Source: Octopus bimaculoides (Eukaryota). From it: a DNA stretch of 46,437 nt. A model generated the notes under the pieces. The model saw only the letters and a list, made by a program, of their open reading frames with translations. It was not told where the DNA came from and ran no database searches. Below, piece after piece: positions 37,773 through 46,437 of the stretch (position 1 is its first letter; each line of letters opens with the position of its first letter). Position numbers and translations under genes: made by a program. The stretch spans positions 35,815,322 to 35,861,758 of the forward strand of contig NC_069004.1 of assembly GCF_001194135.2 (NCBI RefSeq), in the 5' to 3' direction.

Positions 37773-37800
37773 ACTTCTACCTTGTCTCATATATATCATC

Positions 37801-37990
37801 ATCATCATCATCGTTTAACATCCGTTTTCTATGCTAGTATGGGTGGGGCGGTTTGACTGAGGTCTGGAAAGCCAGCTGCTGCACCAGGCTCCATTCTGAT
37901 CCAAGCCTCTCCTAATGACAACCACTCTGAGAGTTTAGTGGGTGCTTTTTATGTGCCATCGGCATGGGAGCCAGTCAGGTGGCCCTGGCA
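37801..37990 (+). mobile_element. Interspersed repeat family C (SINE-like) copy
   Basis: catcatcgtttaacatccgttttctatgctagtatgggtggggcggtttgactgagg...gcaccaggctcc...gtgggtgctttttatgtgcc also occurs at 41520-41850, with fragments at ~3820, ~5690 and ~16010-16110 (-). Confidence 0.7.
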
Positions 37991-38111
37991 TCAATCACTT
38001 TTTGATTAAACGACGACAATGATATGTGTGTGTGTGTGTGTGTGTGTGTGTNNNNNNNNNNNNNNNNNNNNNNNNNNNNNTCAATCACTTTTTGATTAAA
38101 CGACGACAATG

Positions 38112-38154
<43 letters not shown>

Positions 38155-38409
38155 CTACTATTTTTAAAGAAAATCTTTTTAGAAAATGTTTTTTAAAGAA
38201 ATCTCAAGAATCAATTAACATTTTTTTTAAAACTTAATAAACTTCAAAAACCTTGAAAGAATTTTTTCTAGAACAACTCACAAAAGCTCAAAAAAATTTC
38301 AAAAGTTTCTGAGTTGGGAGTTTTAAAGCTTTAAAAGTTTCAAAGTTAGAAAAGTTTTAAAATTTGAAAATTTCAGAGGCTTTGAAAAGTTCGTGGAGAT
38401 AAGAGATAA

Positions 38410-38494
38410 ATGGGGAGACAGACAGAGAGACAGATAGATAGACAGACAAATAGAGAGATAGACAGATAGAGAGACAGACAGATAGATAGATGGT

Positions 38495-38542
<48 letters not shown>

Positions 38543-38543
38543 C

Positions 38544-38577
<34 letters not shown>

Positions 38578-38620
38578 GTAGATAGACAGACAGACAGATA
38601 GATAGATAGATAGATAGAAC
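38410..38620. repeat. Compound (GATA)n/(GACA)n/(GA)n microsatellite
   Basis: Direct reading; related arrays at 34700-34830, 37030-37110 and 37220-37320. Confidence 0.95.
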
Positions 38621-39635
38621 CTATAAGTTGCTTGTAATCTGTAGATAGCCTTGTTGATAGAATTTTCTAAAAAAAAGTTTCCCCGTCTTCCTAACTTTTA
38701 ATTTATTCCGTTACTGTATTTCAACCTCCTCCTCCTCCTTCCTTACTTCTCCTACTAACGGTGTTACCCTGTTGTCTAAGAAAATATGGAGTGACAATAA
38801 GGGAGATAACTCAAAAGTCTTTTTTTTCCTCCCCTTCCTCTTCTCGTTGCCATATTACCCCCTCTCTATTACATGTATTTCCCCCTCCTACCATGGCGCT
38901 ATCCTATATAAACCGGTGAAGAGCGCCATGTCAGAAGATATCTCAACGCCGCCGCTTCGTATAACACTTCACAATATCGCAGATTTATTATTCATTACAT
39001 TTGTTTATCAATTAGATGGGGGTAGATCCCCGTAATTAATTTAAGACACACTTAATTACTTGTATTGGCAGAGATACAAATGCTGCATGTTTGTATATTC
39101 ATAGAAACACATTTGTTTTTCCTTCCGGTTCTTTCATTTAAAATGACTTGGATATAATGATGAGGAGGAAGAGGATAATAATCTAGATACACACACAGAT
39201 AGATATACCTAGGTAGACTTTACTGATTGCTAGAACTATAGTGAACCTAACAGCACCGAGATATCGATCAATAAGACCTATTGATATATAGGTAGATACA
39301 TATACATATATACACAGTGATATATAAACATACATATATATGTGTGTGTATATATATGTGTATATATAAACATATATACAAACATCTGTGTGTGTGTATA
39401 TATAACTAGTGTTTGGATTCCAACACATTGTATACAGTCCCCTTTTTTATGTTTACTAATTACTAAAAGGACCTGAAGTTATATTTAAACATCACTTGTG
39501 TATAATAATAATTTTTAAACTTTCATCTTCTAAAACACCACCACCTGTAATAATATATACAACACAATATACATACATGTAAATATTTATTTCTGTACAC
39601 ATACATAATATACAATATAGTGTAAAGACATAAAG

Positions 39636-42600
39636 ATGCCTTCTGACTCTCATAATTTTATGGTTCCATCTTCCAAAGTTGGTCGAATTATTGGTAAGTT
39701 TTTACTTAAAAGTTTTATTATTTTCTCTACCATTTCTCTGACGAAATCATTTTATTGAGATATTTTAACCATGTTTCTCTTTATATTTTATCCTCAATAA
39801 CACTACACGTGGGTAAATAAATAACCTTTGTTTTTCTTTCTCCCTAGCAACCTGTGGTCAAACTGTTTTGGGCTTAGTTTCAGGAACTTTAAGTTTTCCT
39901 CAATTCACCATCTGCAGTTCTCAGTAAAGAAGTTAGATTCCTATTAAACTTTTATTTCAGTGGTCACGATGAGAATGTCTCAAGGCATGAATATCTCCTG
40001 TGTTAGGCAGATTTACTCACTAACTCTAACACACACACATACACAANNNNNNNNNNNNNNNNNNNNNNNNNNNNNNNNNNNNNNNNNNNNNNNNNNNNNN
40101 NNNNNNNNNNNNNNNNNNNNNNNNNNNNNNNNNNNNNNNNNNNNNNNNNNNNNNNNNNNNNNNNNNNNNNNNNNNNNNNNNNNNNNNNNNNNNNNNNNNN
40201 NNNNNNNNNNNNNNNNNNNNNNNNNNNNNNNNNNNNNNNNNNNNNNNNNNNNNNNNNNNNNNNNNNNNNNNNNNNNNNNNNNNNNNNNNNNNNNNNNNNN
40301 NNNNNNNNNNNNNNNNNNNNNNNNNNNNNNNNNNNNNNNNNNNNNNNNNNNNNNNNNNNNNNNNNNNNNNNNNNNNNNNNNNNNNNNNNNNNNNNNNNNN
40401 NNNNNNNNNNNNNNNNNNNNNNNNNNNNNNNNNNNNNNNNNNNNNNNNNNNNNNNNNNNNNNNNNNNNNNNNNNNNNNNNNNNNNNNNNNNNNNNNNNNN
40501 GTCCGGGCTAGCTAGTCGTGAGTGGTCGATCCTAACCCTCACCGTAAACACGTATTCATCTGCACACGCGGGTTAGGGATAGGGTTAGGATCGACCACTC
40601 ACGACTAGCTAGCGCGGACGCGCGACTGCGCGTTCGGGACCGTGCTGCTTTAGTAGTACCCATGCCTTCAAGCAGGCTATCCACATGCTAGAAATAACAG
40701 CTAAATCTCACAAAACTGCGATAACAATGAAATTTTGAAAATGCGATTTTTGACTGACTTGTTGCTGATCATACCTGAGAAATTGCGTTAGGGGACATAC
40801 TCTAAAAATCAAAAGTCGCCCGTCATAAAAATAAATGTGTCCTAATCGTAAGTATAGTTTCTTCACTCATCCTTACTTTGGCTCGTGGACCTGGTGTGAC
40901 TGGGCGACATTTAGTCATACAACACAAGGTATTTTATCCTACACACAATTCACTAAACGGTACAGGAGCCGGGTGGGGGTGATGATTGATAAAACTCGGG
41001 CCAATTCTCCCATATTTACCATATTCTATTTTCTGATGTTTCCAGGTAAAAAGGGCTCAAAAATTCGAGAATTACAGCAAGACACCAGAACACGCATCAT
41101 AGTAAGTTCTTGTGTTGTTTCTTTTTATGACCCTACTGATTATTTTGTAAACAACGATTTTTGAAATAAATTACCTTTTATTAAGGGGAGGTTAACATTT
41201 TAAAATGAGTCTTTAGAATGGTGTTGGACGGGTTGGTAGCAAAAGGGATCAAGTTGTGGCATTTTATGAAGAAGCACCCTCGTCATCAGTTGGCTTTGTG
41301 CAGCTGTTCTTAAACTAACTTCAGTCGTTAACAGCTCGTTCACAATTTTTCCCAAATTCTCAACCCAACTCAATGTTTTAACAGCAACCTCTGTGATTTT
41401 AATTTTAATGAGATGGTGAATGAAAGGAAAATCGATCAAAAACATTTTTCTCTTAATTTTTGTGAGGAAGAAACACTGGCCCAGTTGATTGGAGATAAAT
41501 GTTTTGAAGATCAAATCTAGTCTGGTGCTTTCCATGCTAGCATGGGTTGGACGATTTGACTGAGGACTGGCAAACCAGATGGCTACACCAGGCTCCAATC
41601 TGATCTGGCAGAGTTTCTACAGCTGGATGCNNNNNNNNNNGCTCCAATCTGATCTGGCAGAGTTTCTACAGCTGGATGCCCTTCCTAACGCCAACCACTC
41701 CGAGAGTGTAGTGGGTGCTTTTACGTGCCACTGGCACGAGGGCAAGTCACACAGTACTGGCAACAGCCACGCTCAAATGGTGTTTTTTTATGTGCCACCT
41801 GCATGGGAGCCAGTCCAGTGGCACTGGCAACGACCTCGCTTGAATGTTTTTTCATGTGCCAGTAAGGCGATGCTGGTAACGATCACGTCCAAGCAAAATG
41901 AAATATTGTATAGATGTAAATATAAACATGCAAGGATAGAGGTTTGTTGCAAATGTAGCCGTGACAGAAAGTGTTAATTTTGCTGAATTCTTTGCTAGTT
42001 AATTTGATGTACAAGGTCCTTAAAGTGCTGGGTAGAATATAGAGAGGTATACTATCTAACACGTTAATTACTGGTATTAAACAATTATTGACATGTCTAA
42101 TTTATGTTTCAGGTGAGTAACTCTAACTCTGATGTCACAAATGTTGAGATTAGAGGCGACCAAAGAGACGTCGTGAGAGCAAAGGCTCTAATACAGCAAG
42201 TAATTGATGGAGACGAGCCTGGTAAGAACTATGTATGAGACTTATTGCACTGGCTGGCATGCCAGTGATGTGGTATGGAGTGGTGGTCTTGTGGTTTTGT
42301 TTCAGTGTGGTAGTTGCTGTGGTTATGTATGGTGCTGATGTCTGTAATGTTGTAAGTAAGGTAGCATGGTCATAATTATGGTAGAACTGCAGGGTGATTG
42401 GTGTTACGAAGGGCATTCAGCTGTAAAAATCCTGCCAAAACGGACACGCAAGTCTGGTGCAGTTTTCTGCCTGGCTAACATGGAAGGCGAATGTTAAATG
42501 GTGATGTGAGATGGTTGTAGTGTGAAATGCTAAAAGAACTCTTATAGATTATAATGGAAATTGATATGGAAAAGCAGCAAACAATCTTCAGTGGCATGAC

Positions 42601-45329
42601 AGAAGTTCGTATGATGATAACGATTTTTGATAATTGTGTTATGGAATGTTATTAACCCCCAAGATTAGGTCAGATCAATAGACCTGTGGTCAAAGACATT
42701 ACATCTGTGATCATACTTTTTTTTTTTTTTAGTTGAGAATATAGCTGTTGTTTCCAGCTGGTTGAGTGACCATGTAAAGACTCCTACAAAAGGTTATGTG
42801 AGATGTTCACAGGTGGTAGTCAAATGTGGGTATCAGCTTGGATGTGTATGCATATCTGTAAGTGTTAGTTATATTGTGACCAGTTTCTAATTCTAGTATG
42901 TCTATTTGTTTTCAGCTGAATATCAGAATCGTAGTTACCAGAATAGATTACGAAATAAAGAGAATTTGGAGAACTCTCGTAAGTATTAATAATGTCCAGT
43001 GGGGGTCTTTAGTCTCCTCTTTCCATCTCCCATCCTTGCTTTTTCTCATCTACCATATCTTTCTCATCTTAACAGACCAGAAGTGCTACAATTGTGGTAA
43101 AAATGGTCATATATCCAGAAACTGTGATCAAGATCCAGGTAAGAAATTTTTTTCAAAGGGTTTTATGGTGGTTTTGTTTTTGGCACAACACTTAAGGTAT
43201 TGGGCTTCTTGCTTAGGAATTAAGTTTAAGTCTATCTCAAGCTTTTATAGTGTCCTTAGCAGCAGGACACCATCTTGCTTTGATATATATATATATATAT
43301 ATATAGTTTTTTGATTTTTTTTCTCTTCTATGCTTGCTTGGGTGGCTTTATTTTAGTTATTTAAACTTTGGACAAAACAGCACAATGAGGTGAACTTAAT
43401 TTTGTGTTGCGGACTTTGCATTTCCTTGTGTATCTCCTCTAAAATAATCCAAAATGTACTTGGAGTATTGTAATAAGTTTACAAACATTTTGTCATCTGA
43501 CTCCAACCAAGTTGCTTTGAGTGCTGCTACCAGTAGAATTTGTTACATAGTTGATGATTAGAACAATACCCACCCTCAGTGGGACAAAAATAAGGCCCTT
43601 GTTAAAAAAAGGATGAATGAACCCTGCATAGGGTCTCCAATGATTTCGGTTGAAGTAAGACCACTTAAAGAGTGATAGGCCCTTAATTCATAACCAAATC
43701 ATGTCTTGGAGGAGAGAGAGTTAGAAAGGGCCCACTTAGCAGTAGTGAGGATAAAAAAAAAAACCTGCTGTTCTGTTGGTCCTTTAATTTGAGATGGACT
43801 AAGATGGAATACTGTGTTTTCCAGAATACAAGTCAAATTTTTCAGACTATAATTTATTGCCCAAAAAAGGTAGGTTGACTCACACACCAAGATGACTTTG
43901 GAGGACCAAAAGTTCCAAGTGAAATGCAGCTGGATTTGGAAAGATTGTGACAATGATTGAATGTTTCTACTATGTTGACTTGTGTGCCAGAAAAAATATA
44001 AGTACAATGACAGTTTGATGTGGTCTCTAGTTGTTTCATCTGTTTGCATCATCAGAAACTATTTGCAGTAATCAAAAGTGGTTTGCATACAGGGTAAACT
44101 CAGGATCACCTTATAAAAACTTATACAGAGCATTGTCTTTTGGTATTGTCATTCCCTTGTGATTAATTTCAAGTTCTTTGAAGATTTTTGTGACATGCAA
44201 AGAGGCTGGGAGTATGCAGTTAAAACTTCACTCGTACATGACCTTGAACTCAATAAAGAGTGCCATTTGTTGGCAGGTTTGAGGGCTCACCTTGACATTC
44301 AAGAATCCTAAAATAGATTAAAAGAAATCAGAGGATGGTCACACTTGAAATGGAGTGGAGAGCTCTCGTTAAGTTAGACCTATCTACATGTGTGTGTGTT
44401 ATGCTGGAATTATTGGTGTGTGTGTGTTGTGTTGGGCCAGTTTGTGAAACCAGACCTGTTGATTCTGTATCAGTTTCAAGAACTGTGATATCTATGAAGT
44501 AACTTAAGGAAACATTTACCGTTTTCTAGGAGACTGCAGTAATGCAATCAGAAATGGTCTATCCTTGACAGGAACTGGTAAGGAACTTCAATTAATGGAA
44601 CATTTCTTTTTTTCTTCTTCACTTCTCGTTTCAATAACCCCTAAAGATTCTCTCAATTTGTAGAATGGTTGATTATTGTGCTGCATTTCAGTTGATTGTT
44701 CTGCTGCATTTTTAGCTTAATTAGTAGTGTGCTAGATTTAGCTAATTATCATGCTGCATTTTTCTATTCTAATTGTAAATTTGTCAAATTTACTTTATTT
44801 CTTGTAAACTGCTGCTACAATTACTAACACAACTGCTTCATTCATACAACTTATTCTAACTGTAAACTTTGTTGTCAGTGAGTTGACCTCTTCTCGTATA
44901 CAGTTTTGTGTAGCCGCTACTACTAAACTAATCTGTAAAACCAAACTAACCTGTGTAATAGCTGCTACTGCAACTATTACTACTACTACTACTACTACTG
45001 TTGCTGCTACTGTATAATTTTTGTAATAACTTGAACTTGTATTGTTAGTATGTAAAATACTTGTATGTAAGTAGTGTTATGAACAATCCTGTTTGGTGCT
45101 AATAGTGTGTAGATTGTCTCTGTTATATTACATGATAATGTTTGCAATTAGCTTTGTATATCAGTAGTATTGCAATTTATATTAACTTGTTATGACAAAT
45201 GTTACAAGCTAATACTGTTTGTTTGTTGACCCTTTTGTCAAGATAAAATGTTGATAAATGTTTCACCTTTTTCAGAACTGTGGGGTGACCCGAAGGCACA
45301 GGAATTTCAATGTTCAGTATATGGAACTG
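39636..45329 (+). CDS. 5' part of an RNA-binding protein with a type I KH domain and a CCHC zinc knuckle (no stop codon reached; apparently continues beyond the window)
   Basis: GT-AG exons 39636-39693, 41046-41101, 42113-42221, 42916-42978, 43076-43138, 44530-44577, 45276-45329 splice in frame: MPSDSHNFMVPSSKVGRIIGKKGSKIRELQQDTRTRIIVSNSNSDVTNVEIRGDQRDVVRAKALIQQVIDGDEPAEYQNRSYQNRLRNKENLENSHQKCYNCGKNGHISRNCDQDPGDCSNAIRNGLSLTGTELWGDPKAQEFQCSVYGT. Intact GxxG loop (GKKG) and CX2CX4HX4C. The last two exons and the start codon are less certain. Confidence 0.85.
40047..40500. other. Assembly gap (largest of seven)
   Basis: N runs at 18133-18330, 19822-19946, 34327-34500, 35811-35926, 38052-38080, 40047-40500 and 41631-41640, mostly bordered by microsatellites. 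Confidence 1.
40501..40633. repeat. CpG-rich inverted repeat with telomere-like motifs plus a small GC hairpin
   Basis: 40507-40539 and 40581-40613 are perfect 33-bp reverse complements (39 bp with one mismatch); acgcgc-gact-gcgcgt at 40618-40633. Confidence 0.85.
41520..41850 (+). mobile_element. Interspersed repeat family C copy spanning a 10-N gap
   Basis: Matches 37801-37990; contains repeated gtgccac(t/c)ggca subunits. Confidence 0.7.
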
Positions 45330-46437
45330 GTGAGAAGAACCCCTTAATTTCAGTGTTTTTTCTGTGATCTGTGTAGGATTTGTGTTGGTGGTTACTGGGA
45401 ATTGATCTGCTTTTATAGTTACAGATAACTATAATGGCTGTTTGTGCATTCTGTTTCACATGATATGGCTGCTGGCAACTCTATAACAGTGTGTACTCCT
45501 GTGTCTAGCACATAGACATCATTGCGTGATAGAAGCATTGCACTTGTGAATGCATAGCTTCAACATTGAGTGCCAACAAAGCCTTTTTGCCATTAATTTT
45601 TATAAGAGATTGAGGTCAGTGGGGAAAATGTTTCATGTCATGGAGCTACCTGTTACAATAAGATTCCCGTGAAGGCAATCCTTCTGTAATGCAGAAAATG
45701 GATGTATAACTATGCTAACTTTTGAGTTGAGGGAGTCCTTATGTAGCCATGCATCTTGCTAGAATATGCCCTTAATGGAATGTTGAGAGAGATTGATGTC
45801 ATATTCAGAGATTTTTTTTCTTTTATATGAGACGGAGGGGAAGGGAAGTGTTCATTCTTTACAGGACCCTTCAAAGTGGACATCAGACCTGAATATTAAC
45901 AATAGCCAAGGTCAAAGGGGGTGGTGTTAAATCAAACAACCACTCAGGTAGGCATTGGTGGGATTTGAACTTGGAATACAAGAAATACTGCTGCCAGGTA
46001 TTTAGTCTGATGCTCCACCAACTTTGTCAATTTGCTGCTGACCTCTCTCTCTCTCTTCATCCCCATCTCAATTTCCTCCTGATGTGGGGCAGGGCACTTA
46101 ACCCTTTCATTACCATATTTCTAACCAAATTACACCCCTTATGTGTTTCAATTAATTTCTAACATAATCATAAATTTAGGCTGGTTTCATTAAACAACTC
46201 TAACTTTTTTATTTATCAACATATTAATGTGATTTTTGGAAGATAAATTAACGAAAGGTTCTCAACCAATTCTATACCAAAATTTTTGTCACAAAGTGAC
46301 TTTAATTACAGGTAAATTCAACAAAATATAAAATTATTAAAATTTTTGTTCAAACATCGCTATAGAAAATGGGTTATTAGCTAATATTCAATTGGGTATA
46401 CAACAAAATATTATTATAGAAGAGTTGTGCACATTAC

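Noticed and set aside
44680-45060. CRISPR-like or regularly spaced repeat array
   Set aside because: Units are short, degenerate and irregularly spaced, the context is a eukaryotic intron, and no cas genes are present.

Overview
Eukaryotic, AT-rich, microsatellite- and SINE-dense draft-assembly sequence with 7 N-gaps. The repeat landscape suggests a coleoid cephalopod such as Octopus (inference). None of the supplied ORFs is a whole gene, because the real genes are spliced. Hand-splicing on GT-AG boundaries with consistent phases gives four genes: EEF1E1/AIMP3 (minus, 6 exons, 166 aa); head-to-head with it, the V-ATPase c'' subunit ATP6V0B (plus, 7 exons); an unassigned 243-aa type I membrane protein (signal peptide, acidic patch, one FN3 domain, Thr/Pro stalk, TM helix, short Tyr-containing tail; minus, 4 exons); and the 5' part of an unassigned RNA-binding protein with a KH domain and a CCHC knuckle, built partly from symmetric phase-1 microexons (plus, apparently running off the window). 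A probable terminal exon with tyrosine motifs lies at the start of the window. Mobile DNA includes an internally deleted Tc1/mariner element, RTE-like and Penelope-like remnants, MITE-like foldbacks and many tRNA-type SINEs. The notable structures are a ~260-bp, ~98%-identical intronic inverted repeat and a CpG-rich hairpin with telomere-like repeats. There is no prokaryotic system or CRISPR array. The best candidates for new biology are the two unassigned genes and the intronic dsRNA structure.
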